From positions 3,318,662 to 3,382,661 of the forward strand of contig OZ037770.1 of the NCBI GenBank assembly GCA_964035545.1: a stretch of DNA of 64,000 nucleotides. The letters run 5' to 3'. A program made the position numbers and the translations under genes. Below the pieces are notes generated by a model. That model did no database searches. It saw only the letters and a program-made list of their open reading frames with translations, and was not told the DNA's origin. The stretch is from Bugula neritina. Taxonomy: Eukaryota > Animalia > Bryozoa. This document shows, piece by piece, positions 20,621-45,907 of this stretch (the stretch's first letter is position 1; each line of letters opens with the position of its first letter).

Positions 20621-21542
20621 GACAAAGTTTGCTGCAATGTTGTTGCCAAGAAAGATGTGAATCTATTATAATACCTAAGAAGGTAGTTGATTTTACCTCC
20701 ACTAATTTTTTGCTTTTTGCTTCTTTTAATGCATTTTCTATATATAATAGTTTTCATAAATTGGCCACCCATAACTGAACAAGTGAATATTTAGCTATAT
20801 AGAAATTAGTCACAATTGTAGCCATAGTAAAGTAACTGCTACCTATACTTTGATAACATTACAATACTATGATAATAAATTCTGCAAAATTAGTAAAAGA
20901 ACTAGAAACAGTTATATATAGTCATTGTTAACAACACATCTTTTTTGTAAAAGTCTTTTAAAACTTGTTTGTGGCTATTTTGTGAAGATAATTACTCATA
21001 TGTAGTGCAATCTCACCAAATTAGCTTTGGCCATTTTAAATCTTTCTTTCTTAAAATACAGCTCTGCTTAATCTATAAAAGAAAATTAATATTTTTTTCC
21101 AGCCTGTATGAGTTGAGTTGATTTTGCTAAAAAGTAACCCAATTGTATATTTGCAGTAGAATTAGCACAGTATTCGTAATTATAACAGTTATCATAAAAT
21201 TAAATTATATTTCATATATTAAATCATGAAATTCTCAAAAACCTTGATAACAAAAGGATGTTGATTAGAAGATAAAACTTTTAAAAACAACTTAAATATC
21301 TGCTCACTGTAACAAAGAAGACCCAATAAGTTTCATCTATATAATATATCGCCTTTTGAAATTATTGCAAATATGTTGTTGTTTATTCCTCACTCAAGAG
21401 AAACTCCAGTAATAAAATCCTAACAATAGTTGTTGACTAACAGATACAGCATATAATTGTTAATAGAGAGTTGCACAAACATATAAATAGCCAATGACTT
21501 CCACGAAAGGTCCATACTAAGAAAACTAGCTCAACAAGAACT

Positions 21543-22617
21543 ATGGGTAACGTAACTTCTACTTGCGTTGCTAATGCAACCGATAAAGACATGTATGTAA
21601 AAGTAGATGTGGAAAAAATCTACCTAAACAGTATAAACACAGGAGGCTCTGTTACAACTCCAGCAGGTAAACCACTAGAAAATTTTCTTATATAAAAAGC
21701 TATTTAGTATATTACAGGTATTCTAACAAAGAAATAGCATCATACTATTGTCTAAAAATAATGCGTTTCATCTTGTAATAAGGTAGTTGAAAATATTATA
21801 TTGTTCATAACTTGTAGAAATATTTACATTTTAAACTATTTTTATCTTTTTTATAAATATTGGGATAAGTGCTGCTTGAACACATCCATATATTAAATTT
21901 TTAGCTTTAGCTATTAACAGTGGAAGTTTGAAGTGAAATACCCTTGTAGTTTTGCGATTATAATCCAGTATTATATAGTTTCGTGGTGTAATGGTTAGTG
22001 CGCTTGCTTGCAAGCCAATGGTTTGAATCCCAGTGAGGCAAAACTATTCTATAACTCTTATATATTCTACTACACTAAAATGATGTATTTCATATCAAAA
22101 GAGTAAGAGTTTGATAATATATTGTTTATAAGTTGTAGAATTATAATTTATTTGCGTTTCTCATGAATTTTGATAAAACTACCAAAGTCAAATAGCAAAT
22201 GCTTATAGCTTAAATAAGCAAAAGCACTGTAAATGAAAGTAAAGTTAAATTATTCGAATCCCATCTTATACTTATGATTAGTATTTCTATATAAATATGT
22301 ACCTATCATTTATAGGTAATGAAGTTGACGCATCAGTCGATGCAAAACTTGACTGGAATAAAATTGTTCCCGGCTTTTGCAAGCTCAGTCCGAATAGGCA
22401 CCTCAAGTTCAACATCGGCTCTACTTTGAGAAAAATTGTTTACATTTCTGTAAAAAAACCTAACGGAAGAACTATAACAGATAATTTTTCTAAGAAGAAA
22501 CGCCGAAATGTCATTATACTACCTGGTGGGCAGTTGGTGGATGCTAGGAAGCGTTCAGTGTGGGTGGACTTTGAGGGAAATGATCACAAGTCTTTACAAG
22601 AATCCAGTAGCTTTTGA
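21543..22617 (+). CDS. Small myristoylation-motif protein, copy 2 (2 exons, 141 aa, unassigned family)
   Basis: Exon 1 21543-21666 (donor gtaaac) and exon 2 22316-22617 (acceptor tatag), phase 1. Protein: MGNVTSTCVANATDKDMYVKVDVEKIYLNSINTGGSVTTPAGNEVDASVDAKLDWNKIVPGFCKLSPNRHLKFNIGSTLRKIVYISVKKPNGRTITDNFSKKKRRNVIILPGGQLVDARKRSVWVDFEGNDHKSLQESSSF. TATA at 21481. Homologous to copies 1 and 3. Confidence 0.88.
21980..22045 (+). mobile_element. tRNA(Ala)-like short element (family 2) in the intron of copy 2
   Basis: cgtggtgtaatggttagtgcgcttgcttgcaagccaatggtttgaatcccagtgaggcaaa. Confidence 0.6.
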
Positions 22618-22956
22618 TAGTTTAAAGAGAGAATAATCAAGTATTGACTGTGTTGAACATAAAAGAGGAATATATGTTTTTATTTTTATATTTTCATACT
22701 TGTAAGGGCAATACATTAACAACACGTGTCCATATGTATTGAAACATATTATGTAACTAATTCATTCAGGTACTAATGTTGTTCTTATATAGTTATTATA
22801 AAGCAAAGATAATGCATCTAATTTCCATAATATATTATTTACAAGACAGTTCTTGAATAATGTATTTTTTATAGTTCTTTAAATACATCAAGTTTTGTCA
22901 TATCAGCATATTTAAACCATATATTTGTTTAATTGCTTTTATAATGCCTTCAAAAG

Positions 22957-24827
<1,871 letters not shown>

Positions 24828-25454
24828 GTATATATATATATGTATATATTTGTAATATATGTGGATTTCGCAGCTGGCACATTATTATTATCTAAAACTG
24901 TATTGTTAATAAATGTATATCTTTTCAAGAGATCCAAGTCCTAATAAGATGATATAACGACATATAGAATCACAAAACCCAACTCAAATGAATGAATAAA
25001 ATCAAGGAAGTCAATTTAAATAAATGAATGGTTATATATAATCATTGATTGCTCAAACACAAAAGAGCTCAGTCTCATTGATATGTTTACTGCTAGAGAA
25101 AAAGACAAAGCATCCTTCGTAAACAATAGTCATGTTGATGACTTGAGTTGTTGATGTACACAGTGTAGGTCACATGACTAATGTCACAAAGAAGTCACAG
25201 TATCATGTGCTATAGCATTGTCACAATTCATCTCGATTTGAATAAACTGTTCAACTCAAAAACAAAAGCATTCAATCATATGTTTTTATTTATCATTTAC
25301 TCTGTTGTTTGTTTCTTAATGTGTTGGTTTGTGACTATACTGCAGATGTATATATAAATGGCTTGAGGTTTTTAGATTTTAGTTATTCGATTTGGAGCTA
25401 CCAAGCTATTATAACTGAGCGTTATAATAGTTGATATTTACTTTAACTTCTATC

Positions 25455-26413
25455 ATGGGGAATAAACTTTCTTGTAAGTGTACTCACGTGGCCAACGCTT
25501 ATACTGAAGTCATTTACGTGAAATGTGATGCGGAAAGAAGTTATCTTGAACTGGAAAAGTTTAAAGTTGACGTTGCTAGCAAGAGTAAGTTTTGAGTTTA
25601 ATTGTACTATTTGTATTTGAAATCATTTTTATCTTGTAAAGAAAACTTCTGACAAGTATGAAAGATTGATAAAAACTTTTGATCAACAAAAATAATATAA
25701 TAAATATTTTAGAATCAATAATATTTTTACTTAAAAGATAATAATAGTTTTATAATTTTATATAGCAATTTTGCAATCAAGTTAAATGTTGCGCTTATAT
25801 ATCCACATTTTATAAGAGTAACAATGTTATATAAGCAATTACATGAAAATGAAGTATTCAATAAAAATCTCATGCTCCATAACTGTTTAAATACCTTTAA
25901 GTTTTAATATATTCTAGAGTTGAAATTTGTTTTAATAAACATGAAAAACTGAACAATTTGATATAGCCTATAGTTCTAGCTTTGTGTTTAAAATCTTTAG
26001 AATACTGTATTTACCAAGTAGAGAGTTTTCGAGTTTTTTGTGATAATCAAACTTACAAACTGGTGTATGCTTTAATTTCGTATGCTTAGATAATGTTATG
26101 ATTGTTTTTTACAGCTGGTGCATCTGCTGGGGTAGAAGTTGAAAAGCGCTGGGAATGGAATAAAATTAAAGCAGGATTTTCTAAGATCTACCCCCTTGAT
26201 TTCTTGGGATTTGATGTTGATTTGCGAGATAGAAATACGGTGTACATCTCCATAATAGCAGAAGATGGTACGCAGATTGCCAACTGCTTACCTAAAGTTG
26301 GAGACCGCAGTATAATAGTTACAGCTACTGGCCAGGTCAAGAACACAAAGTACGGCTCAATCTGGGTGGATAACGGGGGACAAAGTCACATGAGGAAAAA
26401 AATAAAATGCTAG
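25455..26413 (+). CDS. Small myristoylation-motif protein, copy 3 (2 exons, 142 aa, divergent paralog)
   Basis: Exon 1 25455-25584 (donor gtaagt) and exon 2 26115-26413 (acceptor ttttacag), with the same phase-1 intron position as copies 1 and 2. Protein: MGNKLSCKCTHVANAYTEVIYVKCDAERSYLELEKFKVDVASKTGASAGVEVEKRWEWNKIKAGFSKIYPLDFLGFDVDLRDRNTVYISIIAEDGTQIANCLPKVGDRSIIVTATGQVKNTKYGSIWVDNGGQSHMRKKIKC. TATA at ~25351. Confidence 0.88.
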
Positions 26414-27375
26414 GCTATTTTACAACATTTTATAGTCCTTTATTCTATGACGTTTGAATTTTGTCAGTTGTTTTATAGTTTTATAATGTTGTGCTTATTC
26501 AATGCATTGTCTTCTTTTTCACATTTCATTTTCTGATGTTGATTTTTATTTGAATCTGTTCATTTAGTTAAGATAGACAAATTCTCTGCTAATAAAAACA
26601 TTTGCACCGTTTAAAACATGAATATCAAATTGTAATTGCAAGTGTTTTAGGATTTATAATGTATATAGTAAATCATTTTTTAAATCTAATCTATAAGCAC
26701 TTATACAAACTTAATAATAGAATTTTTTACCAATTGAAAATCTTTTTAGTTTTATTTTACTGTAACCACATTCCTACAACCATCTTTCACGTTTATTTTT
26801 ATTTCGTTTATATAACTATGCTTTTATAACATAATATTTTCATACATTACATCTGCCATATATAAGTAACATCAATTATATACAAAGCTCATGTGCTATT
26901 AAAATAAATTTATTATAACAATACAAACAAAAGTAACTCAAAGTCCTGCATTTCTTAATATTTATGTTACAATACAAACTATACATAATATAATCTTTTC
27001 GTTGATCTAATTACAAATAATTGAGATTATGTAATTTGTTAAATGGTTAATTAATATTGTCGGAAATATCTAACAATGCCATTAATCCACCGAAGTTAAT
27101 TTTGTTATTGGTGGGCAGACAACTTTTAGAATAGCTCCAATAGAGTCACCTGATAATAATGATATGCTGTATACATATAACACTTGGGTTGTTTGTCGAA
27201 TGTACAAATTGACTGAAAAGCAGGGAAAAGTTCCACTAAATTCATCAGACTATCATAGTGAACACAAAACTGGATCGACTTTATATACGGTCATACCGAG
27301 ATAGTTTGTTTTTTTCTGCATAGTGTTGCTAGGTTACAACACCGCTGATAGATATTCTTTTTTACACATCTTCTA

Positions 27376-37379
<10,004 letters not shown>

Positions 37380-37514
37380 ATTTCTAATTCATCTAATAGC
37401 AATAACTTCTCTTTTCATACTCCACCATTCCTCTTCTTATATAACTCTATTCTGTGAGATAAGTTAAAGCCACACTAATGTAATCAATTATAATTTGGCT
37501 CTTGTCTAAACATT

Positions 37515-37556
37515 AAATATATATAAACACACCACCACGTGACAATTTTATTGGCC
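37515..37556 (-). promoter_or_regulatory. Candidate core promoter of transporter B (CCAAT, GTCACGTG E-box, TATA-like)
   Basis: The minus strand reads ggCCAATaaaattGTCACGTGGtggtgtgtttTATATATATtt, about 140-175 nt upstream of the ATG. Confidence 0.4.
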
Positions 37557-38026
37557 ACTGACAGATAAGGTAGGACGTAGGTCATAGTCATGATATTTTG
37601 ACACTGTCACAAGTTCTCCCAAATTCACCTCCCTGCATGTCCGGCTTCAATGACTTTAGCAACTAAAACCAGCTGGTCTAATCATGCTCGATATGCATGG
37701 AACCTTTCCAAAAGATTTTTAGCTAAACGTGTTTCAGAAGTTCATGGTGTCAGTTTTTGTTTACTGAAATAAAATTGTGTGGTGATTGTTATAAAAGCTG
37801 AGCCTGCAGTAAAGTATCTGCTGATCACTGATCTGTAGAAATAAGTTTTGGCATTTCATACGACTGTTTCACATGTCTCCGTTATATAATAATGCCATAA
37901 ATCTATATATAACTTAGTATATTATAATAATATTTTTGTGTAAAGTATGATATACATGTAGAAATAGGTTATGATAAAACTAGAAATACAGCCGAAGCAA
38001 ATAATCTATATTATAATTTATAACTA

Positions 38027-38132
38027 GAAAAAACTTTGCCCTCGCCGGATTTGAACCTGAGAATTCTGGCATGCAGGCCGGTGAGCTAAACCATTACACC
38101 ACAGAGGCTGCTGGGTTAACTCAACACTACAT
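38027..38132 (-). mobile_element. tRNA(Ala)-like short element (family 2)
   Basis: Reverse complement: gtagtgttgagttaacccagcagcctctgtggtgtaatggtttagctcaccggcctgcatgccagaattctcaggttcaaatccggcgagggcaaagttttt. Confidence 0.7.
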
Positions 38133-41100
38133 AACTCAAATTAATTTGATTTTGAGTGCCTGTTGAAATTCTCGTAAGAGCATAACTACTATTGCTGCAG
38201 TTTTCATCTAAAACACAGGTTAATATGTTTTAACTTCGTTATATGCCATTGCATCTTAGTGAGAGAATTAACCTGAACCCAAATAGTAATTTAGAGGTGA
38301 GTTATTAGAGGAGTTGCATGCCCATGTGTCAGAGGATGAACCCCTTCACCGCATACAGAGCTTATTTTGCCTCAAAGTCATTGACAGAGCAATTTCAGCT
38401 CTTATTGATATAGACCTAGCAGTTTTATAAAATAGTTCTCACACTTTGTTACTTAACTTTAAGTATGTACGTGTAATTTCATTGTTAAAAATTGTTTGTT
38501 TTATTTTTATTCATTATTTGGAAACTTTTCAAGTTTTTTGAAAACAACTTATAAAACTGCGGGTATAATTTATTTCAATATAGGTTTAAATTTAAGAGAA
38601 AATTTTATCATAATTATGTAACACACTCGCACTATAAGCCATAAAACATTTTTGGTCTTATTAGGATTATATAGTGCTCAAGCTTTTAAAAAAACTTTTT
38701 TGTAATAAAATTCTATAACTATACAATTTATGTTTGAGCATTCCTATTTTTGATATTTGAAAACAATTACACTTCTTATTTGGTTTTGCTTTAAAGCTAC
38801 TATATGATAGCTCTTTATATAATACTTAGAGCAGCTTTCCTTGTGCAGGTTTCATTTCAGCTGCAGCCGAAAATGAAATACAGAAACATTATAGGTTAAC
38901 CAGGTAAGCCTTATAGACTGAGTAGCTCATGTAACATAAAAGAAGTATGAAAACTTAGATGCCCGCACTATAAGTGAAAATATAACTTATAATTACGTTT
39001 CTACATACCATATAGTATGAGAATAATTTCTACTGTATGCCATAAGAGTTGATGCATTAAGCAATGAGAATTATCATTCTCATTGACATTTCAAGTAGTG
39101 CATAGATGGCAGGTTATCATTTTTCAGCATGCAGTCGAAATAATTACAATAAATACTTTATACTGAAAAAAAATTCCTATAGCTGTATCTTGTTTACTAC
39201 ATATAATATACTTATAGGAAAAACAAATTTGTGGAGAACAAAATTGAGACTTGACCATTATTTAGTAAGAAGGGTGAGTAACTGTACATAGTTTCAAGTC
39301 ACACTCATTTAAGAGGAAGCAACTACAAAGATTGGAATAGAAAAGCATTGGCAAAACTTTGAAGCGGGATTTTACACTCTCTTTCACTCTCTTTCAATAA
39401 CTGCTATCACATTCAAGGTTGAGTAAGTTTGCAATAAAAGAGAAATAAATAAAAGCCTGTTTAGCTCCCATGAAGTAAACTTTACTTCACCTCTAAACAA
39501 TTGAAAGCTTTAGGGTCATTAAACTATAGATCCTAAGTTTTTATGTGTGCTGATCCTAAGTGACAATACAGTCTAGGGCCCTAGACAATGACTAGGTAGG
39601 GTGTGGTGATAACTCCCCAAACAGGGCTGATATTTGGAGTTATGTCCACTATTTTATATGAATCATGAATGCAGTAGTCAAGTAATTTTTTGCCCAGTTT
39701 GATTTTACAAAAAACTAATTCAACTATGAAGTTTAGCAATAAATTTATTGAAGTTTATTTGAATATAATCTGGAAACTGCATTATATATTTTTTTCCTGT
39801 TTAAATCCATTATATATGCCATGACTTTTACTACCTAATTAGAACTAACCGATGCTTTTCTATATATACATAATATGTCTTGCTATATAAACAGTAGTGT
39901 AAAATAAAATTTAGCAAATCATTATGTACTTACTTATAGCCAATGGTTATGCAATCTAATTATGAATCACACAATTTAGTTGTCAATGGAGTATTATAAT
40001 ACAATATGGTGCAGAATATTGTGCTTTCTTCATGCATCAAAGCATCTGTATGCATATGGTCAAGATAATTCAGTAACTGCTATTGGTATACTAAAATCTG
40101 GTATAAAATATAAGCATATGTAAAATATTTGCCATATAAAATAGCAGCAACCTTCATATGTGGAGTTATCTTCTCATAGATTCACTAAATGATTGCTCAT
40201 TACAAAAATGATTAGGAAATCTATATAGTTGCTTAGTGTAGTGCATGTGTACTAGTTCTATACAACAGCTTGCAGTACAAACCTATAAATGCAACATTAT
40301 GCACATATATTTATATATGTGTAGTAAATCATGTATATCATGTAAATCATGTTCCTATAATAGGAATGGAAATATAATATACATAGTTTACAAGAACTTA
40401 ATGATAACCTTGCATCACCATTGGCCAGCTGGATCATTTTAAATATATCCTGATCATGACTGAAATAAAAAAAAATAATTCCAAATTCCATTTGTTGAGT
40501 TAAATGAAACAACTCAAATAAAATGCATTTGAATAATTTTCACAAGCTTGCATGTACCTGTTTTATCTTGCATATATAGCCCCTTCTCAGTTGAACGCAT
40601 AAAACTTTTTATTTTGGTGCGATATTATATATATAGTAACATACTTATATATAAATAAATAGCTGTCCTTATTGTACGTATTGATTGCTATAAACATGAT
40701 ATATAATAGTTAATGTGAATTATCTGGAATAACATATATTCCAATTATAACAAATTTGTGTGGAACAACAAACAGGAATATACATTAATAATAGAAGTTA
40801 TTTTTGATGAATACTTATTATTTTCAAATAACAAGAAGTGACGCATTAGAAAATGCAAAATTAATAAGTTAATTCAAGTCAAATGAATTTATTTTTTGTT
40901 AAATAGCAAACAATTGATCGATCGAAATTTATTTAAATATGCATATATTATCTCCACAATGTTTAAATAAATTGCACATAAAATACATAGAATCATATTG
41001 TACCAAAATAAATAAATAACATCTAACTGAGAAGCGTCCATGCATGTGAGAAACCTCTAAGTAGGAAACTGGGAAGCTTCTATTTGCAGAATGACACCCA

Positions 41101-41723
41101 TACGTACCAACGCATCTTTGCCAAACTTTTACCAAGGGAAATATATATGTTGTATATTATACAATTATTTTAGTTCTTAGAAATCAAGATTGCTGTTTGA
41201 AATTTATATATATATATAGACCATACTAGACTGCAAGACTGCTCAATAAAATATGCCTAAAACTATCTTTGTAGTATATTGTAGCTTTTTATTATTATTT
41301 AACATAACAATTATATTATGTTTTGAAAAACTTTATTATAAAGGCTGCAAATTAATAAAGAAACACAGCTCAGCTTACTTGCACAGGTATAATGAATTAA
41401 ATCAATTTGGAATTTTCATATTAGTGCTCAAAACGATTCTTTTAAAAATATATATTTTGCCTCTTTTTTATTTTCCAATCAAAGTATTGAGAGACTTTGG
41501 TAACGGGCTGCCTCGTTCATAAATGCTATAGTGAATACTACTGAATCGACCAAGCGTATAACGTTTATACTAGGAGTTGTACCCCCTATCAGAAGCTTGT
41601 CCATTTATAAAACTTCCAGGCATTAAATGCTTCAACGGTGAAATAAGAAGTATTTGATGAACAAAACTTAGAAAGAATAACTGATATGTATATCTGATCA
41701 TTACATTTCTGTATAGTATTAAT

Positions 41724-41887
41724 GGAGCAGCTGTGGTCTAGGGGTTAGAGCATTTGGATTATAGTTTATGTAAAGTCATGGGTTGAAACCCCAGTAAAGG
41801 CCATTGGTGATGTTAGGAAGAGCATCCATAAAGTCACTTGCTCCTGTACCACAACAGGTTCTCACAGGGATTGTGACTATAAACTTG
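41724..41887 (+). mobile_element. SINE family 1 with internal deletion
   Basis: Head, core and the tail cacagggattgtgactataaacttg are present. Confidence 0.8.
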
Positions 41888-44800
41888 TTTGAAATTTTAT
41901 ATCAAGGTATCACAGAGCAGACAACTTCAAAATACATTAACCTGAGTTATATAAGAGTCCTTCGCCACCAGCTCACGTGCATATGCATGAAAACGAAGCT
42001 TGTTGCATAACCATTATAGTTGACTGCACTAGGAGTTGCCCTTAATGACATTGAGGGGGTTATAAATTACTGTATTCTGACGGACCACATGCTAATTATA
42101 GCAAGGGACCTTATTAGGATTGAAACCCATGACCCTAAGTTGGGTAAATTTCAATTCAACAGCAAATCTAGTGCTAATATTACAACCTGGGAAGAATTTG
42201 CATCAGTAATTCAAGAATGAAAATATTACGTTATCTTCACACTACAGCAATGTCTGTTGAGTGGAGAAACATGACAAGTTGAGATTGTAAGAACTTCAAT
42301 ATTTATTTTTAGATATAACCTTCAACAAAATCATGTTGAATATTGAAATGCAAAAATCTCGATTATACACTACAATTAATTTGAAAATAGAAATTATAAT
42401 CCTTCATAGCAGAAATACAATTATAGCATGTTTTGCAGATACCAAGTATCATCAGAAAAAAAGCCAACTATTATAATATTGCAGCTAGGTTGACAACCAT
42501 GCAGTAAACTCTGAGTGTATTTAAATGGGAAGAACTTGCAGTACTGAGTGAACGTTTAGGGATGATAGCATCCTTACACCGAAGAGGTCAACAAAAATAA
42601 ATTAAGAAACTCCTAGTGAGAAATAAAAAAGAAGATAAAACAAAACAGAGAAGGTTTGAGTAACTTATTGAGATCAAAGCATGATAAAGTTTAAAGGAAA
42701 AAGCTGAGTATGATACAAGTCTGGGTAAACTGGATGTGATTGGTTTAAATATGGCAAAGCGCTGCGTGCTGTTATAGCAGGAGCTCTACCATCTGCTCCG
42801 GAATACTAGTTAATGGATTAGGTGAGTGAAGGGTCCAGCTTACAGGAAATCACACTTCAGCTGCGGATGTCTGAAAGAAATCAATGAATAAGTTAATTAC
42901 AAATTGCCTCTTCAAAGCAATTAACACATATCAAGTAAAGTTGCAAGTAGTAAAGCAAATGGGGCTACTAGTAAATTACTAAGTCAATTATACTTGGCAT
43001 TCTGTCTAATGGGAATGATGACACCGGCGAGGAGGTTTACAGTTGTTGACAGTTGGTATATTCAAAGTGACACCCTTGCCCAGGCACTCGGCATGCTATA
43101 TTTAGATCATAAATGCATCTTAAAACACGTGCTGTTATTGCTCTTCACTATAATTTCCTTCAAATTGACCCGCGAACACAGAGCCCACGTGACTGAAGTT
43201 GAGTAATCTGACCTCTATCTCACACGCAGAAGATACCCACCCGCTTTTCTTAGAGGCAAAACAACAAGAAAAACATTGGCACTGAACAAATATTTTGTAC
43301 ATTCAGGAATGACTGCCGATGCTTGATGAGGGTTTGTTTACAGTGATTTTAGGTTTTTGTACAATAACAGGCTATAAAAGTTGAGATATTGGTGAATGCT
43401 CCTGCTTTAAAGTGAGGGCTGCGGTTTGTAGCCCCAAAACCTGGAGACTAAAATTTTATCATCAAATTTTTGTGGTTTTGCTCATTAATGTTTAAAATCA
43501 GCCACCAAGGTCAACAAAATGTTTTGAAAAATCAGCTTGGAAAGAAATGCAATTGTGAATAAAACAAAATAAAAATGGAAGTTTTATCTAACTTGAAACT
43601 GAGAAGTAGCCCTAAACAGTAAAATAAATCTTCTTATTTAAATTAAAAAATGGAAAACCTAGTTTAGACTGCTAGTTGAGGCTTACTACAAATATCTCTA
43701 CTCTTCAAAACCATTAAATAACCACCAGCACTCAACATGCCAGATATGTCGAATAATAATTCACAATAGTTGGCAAGATGCCATGGCGGCAAATTGTTTA
43801 TTACTTCAAGCTCACTGCTAGTAACGCATTATCTTGTGGGACACGATGTTGTAATTAATCGACTCGAGTGGTGCCAAAATCTAATTTCTTCGGCTACAAT
43901 GGGAAGATGACAGTAAACAATAAATAACACTTATCCGTGATACTAGATCATGTGATAATTCCAGTTCGATGTGTAATCACGGGCAGTATGAGTTGTTCAG
44001 CAGTGTTTGCTTAGCTTTATTGTTTAAAATGAATCCAGGCACGGTGCCAACAATAATGACATCCATCAGATTGATGGCCTAAGAAAAAGGCGCCAATTTA
44101 TAAACGAAGCCCGTATGAAGGTAGGCAAGCTCGCAGAGTGATCTCAAAGTTGGCTGGCAAATGGAACACTACCAGTATTTAGTAGCTATAAATAGCAACT
44201 TTGCAATAAACAGGAACATAAAAATACCCAAACTGAGAAGCTGAAAGAGAAACGTAAACCATTAGAACTAAAGCCAATTTGACAAATAACAAAACAAGTT
44301 CAAAAACATTCACTGAATATGATTTAATCTGAGACTCCCTTTATCATTGTTAATTTACAATTCACAGCCTAGACTACTAAACCCAAATTACACACATCCA
44401 AGAACTACAAAACAGCACAACTTCATAGACTTAGTTACATGAAATAAGCCGGACTGTAAAATAAAGCAGCTACTTTCTAAGCTCGAACCATGAAGTATAA
44501 ACCCAAGTCAAGGAAAAATCCAATTAATTGTACACAATAATAACCTATTTGAAATTAACCCTACTACTGAAATTACTACTGGTATTCTTTTAATTCTGCT
44601 AGTAACTAGGTGTGACTGAAAGATAGTAGGAAAAGTGACTTCACCAACTGACTAGGAAAGAGTAGGAAGGCGAATGGTAGAGGAAGAGGTAGTAGGATGG
44701 GAAGTGAGTAGACCACAAATCAGTGTGTGATGACTGCAGTAGGACGTGTTGGCTAGTGGGTACAATAGGATACTGTCAAAGGTACAGGCAGTGCTTTCAT

Positions 44801-45907
44801 ATCTATTAATCACAGATGTGTTGTAGGAAATACGACTTCCTTTATCTTGTAACAGCAGGAGTGCAAAAGTCAACACAATACGGCCTTTTATGGTCTAACT
44901 TTTACTAATATTAATTATTAATGAGGGATATTGCCTAGACAGGCTGAGATGAGTTCCTTTGTATGCAACGGCTAGCAAAGTTACTGCAAGTGTGCTAGTT
45001 ATCTAAGAACATAACTGGTCTAACTGTTGAATTTTTCTATATTCTATATCAAGCAGCACCACGTCAGGGGTGACTGTGTGGCTGAGTGCAGTAGTTTGGC
45101 AGTCTCCAAACCCAGCAACCTCAAACTCCTGCACTCACTCACCCTCAACTCAGGGCTGCATACAGAAAATATTCTTGTAACTTTGCGTGTCGAGGGTTTA
45201 CAAGTGTCAACTCTTACTCTGCAGGTAAAGCAGGTAGTGTTAGTAGATGACTATTAACTTTCAGTATAGACCATAAAGCAGCAGATACTTTTCACTAATA
45301 TAAACAAAGACACACTTTTAAATAGATGAGCCACTGGTGGTTTACACTTGGCTTGGGTTTATGTTGATGATTAAATTACTATATTCCAGAGTTTGACTAA
45401 TCTACACAGCAGTACAAGACTCAATCCTCGAATTCTCCTAGAATTTCACAGAAAATGTTCAACTTCACAAAAGCTCAGCATTGGAGGTTTCCATGGTGTG
45501 TTGATTTTTATTTGGACGATAATTACAGTTTCCAACTTGTAAACAGCCCCAGCAGCGGACTTCCAAAATTTTGCAATTTCAAGGAATTCACACAGCGTTA
45601 TTGAACTACCAGCAAGTGAGTAGTTTTTCTGTTATCTATTGCGAAAGTCATTTCAACCCCATGGAAAGATATGATATCATATGCCTACAGGAATTTCACA
45701 AAATATTACAATGAGTCATAGTATTTTTTCCAGTGACATTACAAGTATTTTTCCACTTCTAGTTTAGTAGACTATTCCTCAAATAATACTTTACGCCAAT
45801 ACCAACTGTCCACTGTTTTATTGGAAGCGCAAGCTAGATTACTCACCAGCAATAAAAGCAGTTTCCAGAAATAAATAATATAAAAATATTCTGTCATGTG
45901 GGGGCAA

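Larger units (their letters stand above)
18540..22935 (+). repeat. Segmental direct duplication of ~2125-7160
   Basis: Colinear matches: gtcttacaa(t/a)gacattaaat, a shared SINE, gtcatctttatagctgaaaatgtaaaag, the small-gene promoter and exons, and tatttaaaccatat at the 3' end. Confidence 0.9.

Noticed and set aside
37535-37556. ER-stress element (CCAAT-N9-CCACG) upstream of transporter B
   Set aside because: Spacing and sequence do not match the ERSE consensus. Only separate CCAAT and E-box motifs remain.
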